Virus record (IMG/VR): IMGVR_UViG_3300037246_001677
Location: 56,171 to 120,170 of that record
Direction: 5' to 3' (one strand)
DNA length: 64,000 nucleotides
DNA from: a virus
Every line of letters begins with the position of its first letter. The stretch's first letter is position 1. The translations under genes were made by a program, and so were the position numbers. Below the pieces are notes generated by a model, which was given only the letters and a program-made list of their open reading frames with translations, was not told where the DNA came from and searched no databases. This document shows, piece after piece, positions 18,286 to 27,986 of the stretch.

Positions 18286-19722
18286 TTATCTCTCCACTAA
18301 CTCTTTGTCTTTCATGGCATTCGCAGCAGCCGCCATCATAGGTTTAAGCAAGTCATCTACATACCCCTTACCCCAGAAATTCAATCCTGAAATATTAGTA
18401 ATGTCTTTATGACCACCAGACCCAGCTTGTATCAAGTCCCAAAGAGGAATTTCAATCTTTCTTAGAATATTTTTTTGTTTGAATGATAATTTTTTATATG
18501 GTTTATTCATAATGTCTTGTTGCATGTCCCTATACTTACTTTTTTCTTTACCGAGACCACTCAAATTCTTTTCATATAGAGCCATCATATCTTTCCAAGT
18601 AAATCCCATGGCGTTTTCAATTTTCTTCTTTTCAATGTCCATTTCAAACATTCTCTTTGCTGATTCCATGCTAATCATCTTAGACTGTAATTTACTCTTA
18701 AATTTACCGAGTACATCTTTTTGTGCTATGTTACCTAAATGATAAGGATTATCTCTACCAATAAATGGATTTTTTGTTATTTGAAGTAAACCCATTGGCC
18801 AAGCAATTATTAAATATTGTGCATCTGGATTATTTTTAAATGGAGTATATCTATCATAGCCTTTGAACATTCCCCCGCCACCATACTGAACTATAGTATT
18901 ACCTATTATGACTTGAGCACCACTCTTTAGTCCTTTAACATCAGATACTTTTCCTTTACCCATTGACTTACCTTTTTGTTGTTTAACATAGTCAAACTTA
19001 CCAGCTTCAACATCTTCCGGTGTTTTATATCCATTCTTTACAGCAAGTTTCTTTATGACATTATACATTGATAACAATGAAGGTTCTGAATCCATAACAA
19101 GACTAGATAAAAATCCAGGCTTATTTTTATAAGCCAATGTTAATGAGTTTGTTGCATAACCCATCATATCTCTATTTACTTTAGCACCCTTTGATTTATC
19201 TAATCTAAACACTGCTCTCATAACATCATCTGGTGTCATATTATTTCTAGCAAAATCTGCTGAGTCAACAGTACTAATAACTTTTACATCTGCTGGTGGA
19301 AATAAGTCATTCGGTGAGAGTGTTTGTGAGATATGAGCTAAATTAGATGGCGTGTGTTTAAATGAAGTACTTGTTCCTTTTTCAACACCTACCTGTCCTT
19401 CATGGTGGTCTGTGTGAATATTCATGGTGGGTTTACCATGAGCAAAGTCAACCATGACTGCAAGTGTTTTATTCCTTGGTTTCGGTACTGCATACTCTTC
19501 ACCACCATATTGAATAGGATGAGCAGCAATTGTTTTAATTCCATATCTCTTTAAATAAGATTTCATGCCTATCGCAGAGGTAACACCATCAAGGTCTTTA
19601 TGAAAATATATTTCCGCTTCTTTATATTCTTTACTTAAATTTTTTATATTTCTAATACCGGACTCACTTACAATTTGATCCTGTTCTATAATCATATCAA
19701 TCTTACTTAATATATTCATCAT
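18286..19722 (-). CDS. DHH-family phosphoesterase-like protein
   Basis: YFHKDLDGVTSA, VDFAH, TDHH, GGGH-like GSGGHKDI; start at 19722 after AGGAG. Confidence 0.8.
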   Translation of the reverse strand: MMNILSKIDMIIEQDQIVSESGIRNIKNLSKEYKEAEIYFHKDLDGVTSAIGMKSYLKRYGIKTIAAHPIQYGGEEYAVPKPRNKTLAVMVDFAHGKPTMNIHTDHHEGQVGVEKGTSTSFKHTPSNLAHISQTLSPNDLFPPADVKVISTVDSADFARNNMTPDDVMRAVFRLDKSKGAKVNRDMMGYATNSLTLAYKNKPGFLSSLVMDSEPSLLSMYNVIKKLAVKNGYKTPEDVEAGKFDYVKQQKGKSMGKGKVSDVKGLKSGAQVIIGNTIVQYGGGGMFKGYDRYTPFKNNPDAQYLIIAWPMGLLQITKNPFIGRDNPYHLGNIAQKDVLGKFKSKLQSKMISMESAKRMFEMDIEKKKIENAMGFTWKDMMALYEKNLSGLGKEKSKYRDMQQDIMNKPYKKLSFKQKNILRKIEIPLWDLIQAGSGGHKDITNISGLNFWGKGYVDDLLKPMMAAAANAMKDKELVER

Positions 19723-20173
19723 CAAAATCTCCTGGATCTGGTTGTTCTGTACCAACTTCTGGATTATCACTCATGTCATGTGCTCTTGGTACAAAAGCAC
19801 CTAATATTTTATTAAATTTAACAGCTAATTTATTATCTGGTTCTTTCTGCTGCATAATAGTTATTGATTGTCCATAGTCTCCAACTGCCCTTGTTTGTCC
19901 CGAACCAATGACATTAACTGTGGTTCCACCAATATAACTACCACCAACAACAGACATTTCTACCAATAACTTATCTATTCTATTAATTATTTTTTCACTC
20001 ATGTTTATCCTCTTTTCTTTTGTTAGTGCTTTTTGGCATTTTACGCATATAGACTCGGCATTCTTCCGATCATCTTCCATAGCTTTACTACATTTCGCAC
20101 ATAGAGCTGATGCTGATTTAAAAACATCACCATATTCAAAATCCATATTAGCTACTTTAATATATTGAGTCAT
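19703..20173 (-). CDS. Hypothetical protein; N-terminal CxxC..CxxC part in frame with a likely internal start at 20002 (MSEKIINRIDKLLVE)
   Basis: AGAGGA SD precedes ATG 20002; CAKC/CVKC upstream. Confidence 0.55.
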   Translation of the reverse strand: MTQYIKVANMDFEYGDVFKSASALCAKCSKAMEDDRKNAESICVKCQKALTKEKRINMSEKIINRIDKLLVEMSVVGGSYIGGTTVNVIGSGQTRAVGDYGQSITIMQQKEPDNKLAVKFNKILGAFVPRAHDMSDNPEVGTEQPDPGDFDDEYIK

Positions 20174-20436
20174 TTATTCTTTCCTTTACCAGTGTCTTCC
20201 AACGGAACACATTCCTTTTTCATCGGTCACCACTTCTGGCCTTCTGGACATTCCTCGTCTTCCTCATGTACTATAGTTTCAGTACCAAGTTTATTTTTTC
20301 TTTTCCTTTTTCTATATTTCATACCAATAACATCAATATGTCCCTTGCCTGTATTCTTTGCTACATTACTGGTCATTGTGGCACCAGACTCATCGCCAAT
20401 TAATAATTTATTCATTCTATCTAATAGATTATCCAT
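20170..20436 (-). CDS. Putative 88-aa selenoprotein / UGA-readthrough protein (ECPEGQKW-U-PMKKECVP)
   Basis: In-frame TGA 20227-20229; frame continues 18 codons to a TGA overlapping the next ATG; SECIS-like hairpin downstream. Confidence 0.6.
20192..20210 (-). promoter_or_regulatory. Candidate bacterial-type SECIS hairpin GUGUUCC-GUU-GGAAGACAC
   Basis: 7-bp bulged stem, G-first apical loop 23 nt after the UGA. Confidence 0.45.
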
Positions 20437-20447
20437 TTTTATGTCCC

Positions 20448-20912
20448 TTATTTACTTGCTAGCATTTTTGAAAATTTCGACTTAGGTTTAACTATCTTCT
20501 CTACTTTTTTTTCTACTAACTTTTTTGGTTTAATATCTAGCTCTGTAAGAATCATAGCTTTAATATTAGGTTTAATTCTTTCTTCAATTTCTTCTGTATC
20601 TTGAATTACCGCCTCAACTTTAATTGGCTTTTCAATTCTGATTGTATCCGACCATGGTGTTAAATAAACATCATCTGCAATAATCTCAAGTTTTGCAGTC
20701 ATATTTTGATTATCTTTTAATTCTGAAATAATAACATTCTCCAAAGGTGGTATTTCAACAAATATTTTATTATCTACAATTTTGATTGGAAAACCATATT
20801 CAATACCTTCATGAGTCAATCTAACTGCTCCTTTAATGTCTTCCATCAGAACACCTGAGATTTCAACACCAAATTTAATTTGTTTTGATCTTTGTACATT
20901 TAATGTTATCAT
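20448..20912 (-). CDS. Hypothetical protein
   Basis: 154-aa ORF, ATGA-coupled. Confidence 0.6.
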   Translation of the reverse strand: MITLNVQRSKQIKFGVEISGVLMEDIKGAVRLTHEGIEYGFPIKIVDNKIFVEIPPLENVIISELKDNQNMTAKLEIIADDVYLTPWSDTIRIEKPIKVEAVIQDTEEIEERIKPNIKAMILTELDIKPKKLVEKKVEKIVKPKSKFSKMLASK

Positions 20913-21106
20913 AATATTTCCACCTCTATAATATTAATTATAGGTTTTTGTTTTGTTTTTGACTCAACATTTCTTATGAGAATAACTGGTTTCTTTTTTA
21001 CTTCTTCGTAATATCCACCGCCTCCGCCACCTATGCCTTGTCCATCAACAACACCAGTACCGATTGATGGATTAAAATATCCCATAGTAGCTATTGCAAC
21101 TGACAT
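20909..21106 (-). CDS. Small Gly-rich hypothetical protein
   Basis: AAGGA SD; MSVAIATMGYF...GGGGGG. Confidence 0.55.
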   Translation of the reverse strand: MSVAIATMGYFNPSIGTGVVDGQGIGGGGGGYYEEVKKKPVILIRNVESKTKQKPIINIIEVEIL

Positions 21107-21118
21107 TATTTATCCTTT

Positions 21119-24100
21119 TTATACTTTTATTTGCTTCCACGTTATAAATTTACCAGGTCCGCTTCCTGGTGCAGTTATCTCATATGTTCCAATCACATCA
21201 TTTGCAGTACCAGTGCTACTTGGGTCTGAGTAGATACGAACCCTTGCTGATGTTAGGTTTGTATCACCATCATATACTGGATTATCAATATAAATATTTT
21301 CGTGCATTAGACCAAGTGCTTTTCTTAATACCAAACCAAAAGTTTCATCAACCCCGTATCCAGATGTTGGTTCGCTCCACACAGCTACTGCTATATCTTT
21401 AGCCGTTATAACTTCTACTGAAGTTACAGCACAATAATCGAGATAAAGAATATGATTAGCATTATATGATGTAATATGGTGTCTTATTCTAATTCTAACT
21501 TCGTTGTTATTAGTCCTATCTATATGCCTTTCATAGTACTCATGTGTATATTCAGCATTAGAAACAAAACCACCTGGCATGTACTGATCTACTAAATTTT
21601 CCCATACATCGGCTTCGTAATTGTATGCATCTAAATCCATATAGTGAGTATTTGATGGAGTACCAGTATATCTACCAAATGTTGTAAAGACACCGGCTCT
21701 GTCTTCGTCCGGAATATTAAAAATCAATTCAGCTGTTATTCCAGTTACAGCATTTTCTTGAATCTGCCAATAAACACCATCTTTTATAAAAGTACTTGTA
21801 TAAGTGTTGGTTTCTGTTCCAAATATAGCTCCACCACTTACCGCAGTAAAGAATGAAGTTGAAGTACTTGCGGCAATATCTGCTTTTGTTGCCAACTCTG
21901 CGCCATAAGTTCCAACTATTGTGTGATTTGCTAACTCTTCATTCCACACAGCATTTGTAATGGAAGTATTAGTAAGTGCCGCTTGTAAAACAAGACAATT
22001 CGGACCACTTTCATCAATAATTCTTGTAAGACCAGCAATAACAATTGTTCCAGAAACACAAGTACTATCGACTCTAACTGTACCATTTAAGTCAAATGAT
22101 GATACGTTCGTAGAAGTCTTTCCCAACACAGCATATTGACCACGACCTCTTATCATATTAAAATTACTATCAGATATATTTATATTAATAAATGTTAATG
22201 GATCGGTTACAAATGTATCACACTCTGTCATGTAATTATTACCACCAGCTATAAAATTGACATCGTTTGTAGTTAATGAATTTTTTATACCACCAGATAA
22301 GTTATTAATTTCACCTAAAACACAAAAAGTAAATCTTGCCGCGCCACTCAATGTACCTGATACCGTTAAGTCATTAAAATATGTTAATTCTGTTTTAGGA
22401 TTTACTAATGTTACAGAATTTCCTAAGCTTCTATCTGCATCAAAAGTATATCCACTAATGTCCTCACCACCTGAAATAGTCAAAGAACCAATTATATGAA
22501 AATGTGATAATTCATAATTAGATGATAATGTTAAAGCATCTGCTAATGAATTTACAGGGGATTGTCTAATACCAGCAGGATAAACAGTACCCGGTGTTCC
22601 ATTCACTACATCAATATAAATAGCATTATCATATGACTGCTGTAATAAAGCATGTCCAGTTGTTTCATCGTCCGCATGGTTAGCCAATGGCTCATCCCAT
22701 ACTGCTGATGCTATTGACTCTTTAGTTTCACCGCGAGCTGGAATCATAACATAAGCAGAATTTAAATCTGGAACTATGTTCCAGTCAACATCAACAGTAG
22801 CAACCTTAGTTGTTCCGTCATATGCTGTAATAGTTCTAACTTGGTCTTCACCTGTACCAGACCTAATAAATACTCGTTGCCTAATATAATTACCAGATAC
22901 GGGCGATGCTAAAGTATTTAATGTAATTGTACTAAGTGTTCCACCTCGTGCTAGTCCTTCATTTACATGCTCTCTGCCTGCCCATGCAGTTATTACATAT
23001 TTGCTAATTCCAGTAATTGGATATACTTTCCAATCTCTATCGACAGTTATAACTCTATTTGTACCATCATACTGAAAAATTCCTCTTGTCTGTCCATCAC
23101 CCGGACCATCAGTAATTGTTACTAATGCCGGGTCATAAGCACCATCTACACTACTTGCAAAATTATCTAGTTCAAGTTGGTTTACACCATTACCACTTCC
23201 AGCAACAGTACCAGTAAGAACAACAGACGCTGCAAGGTCTTTTAATTTTTTTCCTGTTGTGCCATCACTACCATGTCCGTCTATTTGTTCATCCCATACA
23301 AAATCCGCAATATTTTCATTACTAATAAAACCTTCTATATCAACATTGCAATTTGGTCCTGAATTATCCGATTCAATTTGACCAACACCCAATAACTGAA
23401 TACTTCCAGATACACATGATGAGTCAATTATTATATTACCAGAGCTAGTATTTAAAACAGTTCTGTTTGTACCAGTTTTACCCTTTAAATTAATATTACC
23501 AGTCCAGTTAGACATGTTTAAATCTGCTGTTCCAATTACTATTTCTGGTTCACTACCAGCCGAACCACCTGCGGTTCCTTGAATAATTGTAGCCCATATT
23601 CCGAGATTTATTTCCGCATTATCTCCAAAAGCAACATTGTTCATAATACCAGAAAAGTTATCAAAATCAAGTACTGAACAGTCATTTAAAAGAATAGCAT
23701 CTCCATTTATAAGCTCACCGGTTATATTTAAGTTTTTAAATACTGAGTTAGCCGCCGAACAGCCTGTTGTCAATGTTACTGTTGTACCCAATATACCAAT
23801 TGTCTCTATGGATTTCTCAGAAATATTATCATCTGCATCAACAGTTACGCTAGACAACAATGAAATTCTCTTTATCCTTCTACCATTAGCAATAAGTAGA
23901 GCGTCTCCTATATTGTTTACTGGTTTTGCTTTTGTACCAACACCAAAATCAGTTCCTGAAAATAAAGAATCTTCATCAACATAAATTTGGTCACCATATA
24001 AAAGAACTTGAAGTGCCCCTGCCGCAGATTTTGGTGAGTAACCAGATACTTGGTCAGACCACACCGAATTTCTCACATCATCATAGTAATTTTCATTACC

Positions 24101-24334
24101 GGCATAAGTATATCTTTCATTAAATGAAAGTACTACACCACCATCACACCTAATAGCATAATCTTTAGTAGAATCATATAATGTATAGTCATACTTATAA
24201 TGGCCATCACCTACATCACTCATCGCAGCATCAGTAATTACAAGAGAATTATCAAATAAATCTCTTATTCTTATTATTGCTGATAGTCCTGATGTTGGAA
24301 CGCCACTATTTGTAAAAAATGCAGTTATAATCAT
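21119..24334 (-). CDS. Large virion structural (tail fibre/baseplate-associated-like) protein with internal duplications
   Basis: 1071 aa, G/T/S/N-rich beta composition, five I/V-xx-VW[DNS][ED] repeats, duplicated domains. Confidence 0.6.
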   Translation of the reverse strand: MIITAFFTNSGVPTSGLSAIIRIRDLFDNSLVITDAAMSDVGDGHYKYDYTLYDSTKDYAIRCDGGVVLSFNERYTYAGNENYYDDVRNSVWSDQVSGYSPKSAAGALQVLLYGDQIYVDEDSLFSGTDFGVGTKAKPVNNIGDALLIANGRRIKRISLLSSVTVDADDNISEKSIETIGILGTTVTLTTGCSAANSVFKNLNITGELINGDAILLNDCSVLDFDNFSGIMNNVAFGDNAEINLGIWATIIQGTAGGSAGSEPEIVIGTADLNMSNWTGNINLKGKTGTNRTVLNTSSGNIIIDSSCVSGSIQLLGVGQIESDNSGPNCNVDIEGFISNENIADFVWDEQIDGHGSDGTTGKKLKDLAASVVLTGTVAGSGNGVNQLELDNFASSVDGAYDPALVTITDGPGDGQTRGIFQYDGTNRVITVDRDWKVYPITGISKYVITAWAGREHVNEGLARGGTLSTITLNTLASPVSGNYIRQRVFIRSGTGEDQVRTITAYDGTTKVATVDVDWNIVPDLNSAYVMIPARGETKESIASAVWDEPLANHADDETTGHALLQQSYDNAIYIDVVNGTPGTVYPAGIRQSPVNSLADALTLSSNYELSHFHIIGSLTISGGEDISGYTFDADRSLGNSVTLVNPKTELTYFNDLTVSGTLSGAARFTFCVLGEINNLSGGIKNSLTTNDVNFIAGGNNYMTECDTFVTDPLTFININISDSNFNMIRGRGQYAVLGKTSTNVSSFDLNGTVRVDSTCVSGTIVIAGLTRIIDESGPNCLVLQAALTNTSITNAVWNEELANHTIVGTYGAELATKADIAASTSTSFFTAVSGGAIFGTETNTYTSTFIKDGVYWQIQENAVTGITAELIFNIPDEDRAGVFTTFGRYTGTPSNTHYMDLDAYNYEADVWENLVDQYMPGGFVSNAEYTHEYYERHIDRTNNNEVRIRIRHHITSYNANHILYLDYCAVTSVEVITAKDIAVAVWSEPTSGYGVDETFGLVLRKALGLMHENIYIDNPVYDGDTNLTSARVRIYSDPSSTGTANDVIGTYEITAPGSGPGKFITWKQIKV

Positions 24335-24690
24335 TAATACGGTCCACTTCCACTTGTCGCAATTGTTGTTAGCTGTTTTTTAGCATTATAAGTAAACAAT
24401 TTTGTTAGTGTTTCACTATCTGATATTCTAGTTAAATCTGTTCTAACTAATTGTTTACTAGGGTTATATGCCAAATCTTTATTAAATAACTTAGTTGTTT
24501 TTATACTATCTATCCATATCCCAATATTTGTCAATTGTTTCTTAGCATTATAGGTAAGTTCTTTATAATAGTATAGATAAATGGATTTAAATTCTAACTC
24601 CATTTCATTTGCAAGCTTTTCTAATACTGAATATGCACCGGTTCCACTTGCTCCAGCAGAAGTTGTTTGTTTAGTTACAATAACACCCAT
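24334..24690 (-). CDS. Small protein with three YD/RHS-like repeats
   Basis: KELTYNAKKQLT, KDLAYNPSKQLV, KLFTYNAKKQLT. Confidence 0.55.
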   Translation of the reverse strand: MGVIVTKQTTSAGASGTGAYSVLEKLANEMELEFKSIYLYYYKELTYNAKKQLTNIGIWIDSIKTTKLFNKDLAYNPSKQLVRTDLTRISDSETLTKLFTYNAKKQLTTIATSGSGPY

Positions 24691-25227
24691 TTATACCGTC
24701 CCTGGAATTAGTGTAGTATCAGTTTTAATATCACTAACTATTTCTCCAAAGCTTCCTGAAACCACGTGACTTGCAGTGCTTTCATCCCAAACAGCATCAG
24801 CGATTGCTGCAGGATCGGCAGCAGAAGGTGATTCAGAAGTAATCAAAGTAGCTGAAGATGAAGCAGCTCTATCAACACTTACAAAGGCTGTCGGTTTTCT
24901 TGGGTCCAATGAATCACCGCTTTCATCAACTGCAACAATATTACCACCACCAATTGTACACAATGTCCAGTCTGGACCAAGTCGCGCCTCAAATGCAATT
25001 TGAGCATTATTCAACGTTGCTGTGATACCTACTTGTACAGTACCACCTAAAGGTTCCTTTCCAGCTGCATCAATGAGAAATTCATATACTTCACCTGGTG
25101 TCACATCCTCAAAATTCCTACAAGTATCTACAATTTCTTGAATACTAATTTCGACTGACGGCGATGCAACTGTTAAAATTCTTGGACTAGTATACCAAGT
25201 TATAGTTACATCATTCCGTATCGCCAT
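24691..25227 (-). CDS. Putative structural protein with IADAVWDE repeat
   Basis: Shares IADAVWDE..H..GSFG motif with 21119..24334. Confidence 0.55.
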   Translation of the reverse strand: MAIRNDVTITWYTSPRILTVASPSVEISIQEIVDTCRNFEDVTPGEVYEFLIDAAGKEPLGGTVQVGITATLNNAQIAFEARLGPDWTLCTIGGGNIVAVDESGDSLDPRKPTAFVSVDRAASSSATLITSESPSAADPAAIADAVWDESTASHVVSGSFGEIVSDIKTDTTLIPGTV

Positions 25228-25420
25228 CCCTTACTACCTCCACCAGAGACTTCATTTCATCACGAATTTTTGCCTCTCGTTCTTTTCTGTGTACGGTATC
25301 TGTCATATCATGATACTCTTTGATAGTATCTCTTTCCTTCTCTATAGCATCCTCAAAGGTTTTTATATTTTTTTTACACGCCTCTATTCCATTTTCTAAA
25401 GACTTAACACTATATGTCAT
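25211..25420 (-). CDS. Small coiled-coil hypothetical protein
   Basis: AGGAG SD; heptad-like sequence. Confidence 0.55.
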   Translation of the reverse strand: MTYSVKSLENGIEACKKNIKTFEDAIEKERDTIKEYHDMTDTVHRKEREAKIRDEMKSLVEVVRDGDTE

Positions 25421-25431
25421 ATATTTTCTCC

Positions 25432-27927
25432 TTAAGTAATAATTGTATCTTCTGTTCTAATAACCGGAACCGACTGATCCGTTCCTGTTGTTGTACCATC
25501 TGAACTATATGGTTTTATCTTCGTTGTCGCTCTTGTATTTCTAACTTTAACTCTAAAGAATATTTGAGATATATAAATAATAGAAACACTTTCCTGAGCC
25601 GCTGAAGCAATCCTATCAATAAATGGAACATAAACATAATCTGTTGATTTTACTGTTATAGGAACAGAATTTATTTCAATTATATCACCATCATTTTGAC
25701 CAGCAATTCCTTCTCCTTCAAGTGTTAATTGAGAATCGCTATCAACAGTTTTAACATATCCCGACAAACCAACATCATTATTATAAACTAAATCACCTCG
25801 TTCTACATCAGTAATAAAACTACCAACATCATATGTTACTATTGTTGGAGTAGTTGTAGCTGTTGCGGCAAACGCCGAAACATTAGCAAGTGTAAATGTT
25901 GAAACATCCCATGAGGAATATCTTATTTTATATTCATCACCCGTCGCAGATGGAGCATCAACTAATACTAACCACCCACCTACCACTTTTCCAGGAACGT
26001 CCTGAGCAATACCACCAGAAACAGTAACTGTTGAATCTCCAGGAGCTTCACCACCGGCTGCGTTATACTCAGCTTTTACAATACTTCCTCCAGCTCCATC
26101 AAGACGGAATACACTAACTCTATCATGTACAGCAGCACTTGTAGGACCACCTTCAAGGTTTGTAACTTCAATGGTAATAGCCTGTGGTCTTTCTTTTGTA
26201 CCACCTTCTATTGGAGTTAGAAGAAATGAGTTCTCGTCTGCACTTATCCAACTTGAAAGAAGAACACCACGTGCACCAAAGAAAGTTCCTCCAGCGAATG
26301 TACCTAATGGAGAAGCAGTTTTTGCGGCAAAAGTAACAGCCGCACCATCTGGTCTAACAGAACCACCATTATCATTATCTGTTACAATATCCGTAGTATT
26401 AAATGTTCCACGAATATCTCTAAGTAATATAACTTTTTCAGTATCATCAAATGCTATAATAACACCAGTAGCACCAGTACCTGCTTGAGTAACATCTCCA
26501 CCTTCTGCGATTGAAGCAGTTACCGCACCTGTCCAACTTAAGTAGACTTCACCACCAATGTATCTTTCACCATTAATACCATCAAGGTCGTCTGTTACTT
26601 CACCATTTCTTGTGGCATATTTTAACCATTCATATACTTCTGTTAATGGATTATTTTGACAGTTAATTGTAATACCATAATCTTCAGTGGTACCATCATC
26701 ATCAACATCGAAAGTAACATGTGTAAATGTAACCGTTGGTGTAGTATTACTTGTAAACCAAGTATTCTCACCAGGTCCGGTATCGGTAGGTGAAGCATCA
26801 GTTGTTGCTGTTGCAGTTGATATAGCACCAGTAATTACTTCTGCACCGCCACTATGAAATTCTAATTGTGGATCATCAATAGGAATATAAGTTATTGATG
26901 CACCATCAACTTGTGCTGTTACAATACCACGAGCATCCGAAACAGCACCAGTAATAATTTCACCAACTATATATGGTCCATCAGAAAAAACACCAGTAGT
27001 TACAATCTTAATACCACTTGTATTATCAAGGTCAGCGGAAGTTTGAAGTGGAATTGGGTTTCTACCACCAGCAGTGGTTGAGTTTGCAACTTCAAATGAG
27101 GCATATAAGTCACCATACTTACGAGCGAAACAAGTAACATACCCATCATCAATTATTGACCATGTACTTGACTCAATATTTTTTAATGCCACACAAATAT
27201 CAATATGACTATTTCCATACCAGTCTTGTGTTGCATCGTTCCATGAATATACTCTATTTCTTAAAGCATCATCGGAAGCAACACCTTGATATAAGTAAAG
27301 GTGAACATTTGCATCAATAGTACCAATCGAGTATAGATTAGCCCAAATCATTTCACCTGTAGTACTTGCCGCAGTATCCCATTGAACGGCATCATGTGTA
27401 TTACATGTTATTACCTGGTCTATATCAGTAAAATCATCACCTGCATCAGAACTATCCGGTCTAATAATTAAATAATCCCAGGTTGCACCAGTATCAATGA
27501 ACTCTAACAGAGTACCATTACCATCTGTGCCACCTGAAATATCAAATCCTCTATCACCAGCCACGATGTCTCCACCTGTATCAACTGGAACACAAATAAT
27601 ACCTGTATTAGAACCGGTAACTCTGGTCCATCCAGAAGTCCTTAGCGCGCCAGCAGTAATTTTTTCCATTAAATCAAAAGACATGAACCAAGGTTCGGTA
27701 TCTCCTGAATCAATTTTACCTGTTGTATATTCAACAGGAGTTTCAGCGGAGAATGCTGTTCCACTATCAATTGTTGCAGTTTCATCAAGCAATGTTGCCA
27801 TTGCAGAGTACAATTCATTCATAGTGTAAGAGGTATTGGTTCCGCCAATCCAATACATTAGTTTTTGTCTGTTATTAGCGAGATAGTTAATTCCTATATC
27901 ACCATTTAAAATCGTTGCGTCAGCCAT
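25432..27927 (-). CDS. Large acidic Gly/Thr-rich putative virion structural protein
   Basis: 831 aa beta-rich; repeated GE.ITGA.S.A.G-type units; downstream of late-promoter-like CATAAATA. Confidence 0.6.
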   Translation of the reverse strand: MADATILNGDIGINYLANNRQKLMYWIGGTNTSYTMNELYSAMATLLDETATIDSGTAFSAETPVEYTTGKIDSGDTEPWFMSFDLMEKITAGALRTSGWTRVTGSNTGIICVPVDTGGDIVAGDRGFDISGGTDGNGTLLEFIDTGATWDYLIIRPDSSDAGDDFTDIDQVITCNTHDAVQWDTAASTTGEMIWANLYSIGTIDANVHLYLYQGVASDDALRNRVYSWNDATQDWYGNSHIDICVALKNIESSTWSIIDDGYVTCFARKYGDLYASFEVANSTTAGGRNPIPLQTSADLDNTSGIKIVTTGVFSDGPYIVGEIITGAVSDARGIVTAQVDGASITYIPIDDPQLEFHSGGAEVITGAISTATATTDASPTDTGPGENTWFTSNTTPTVTFTHVTFDVDDDGTTEDYGITINCQNNPLTEVYEWLKYATRNGEVTDDLDGINGERYIGGEVYLSWTGAVTASIAEGGDVTQAGTGATGVIIAFDDTEKVILLRDIRGTFNTTDIVTDNDNGGSVRPDGAAVTFAAKTASPLGTFAGGTFFGARGVLLSSWISADENSFLLTPIEGGTKERPQAITIEVTNLEGGPTSAAVHDRVSVFRLDGAGGSIVKAEYNAAGGEAPGDSTVTVSGGIAQDVPGKVVGGWLVLVDAPSATGDEYKIRYSSWDVSTFTLANVSAFAATATTTPTIVTYDVGSFITDVERGDLVYNNDVGLSGYVKTVDSDSQLTLEGEGIAGQNDGDIIEINSVPITVKSTDYVYVPFIDRIASAAQESVSIIYISQIFFRVKVRNTRATTKIKPYSSDGTTTGTDQSVPVIRTEDTIIT

Positions 27928-27986
27928 TTTCTCTTTCTCCTATAATACTTTTTTCTTCTTTATTATTTATGCGGTTGCGTTATTAT

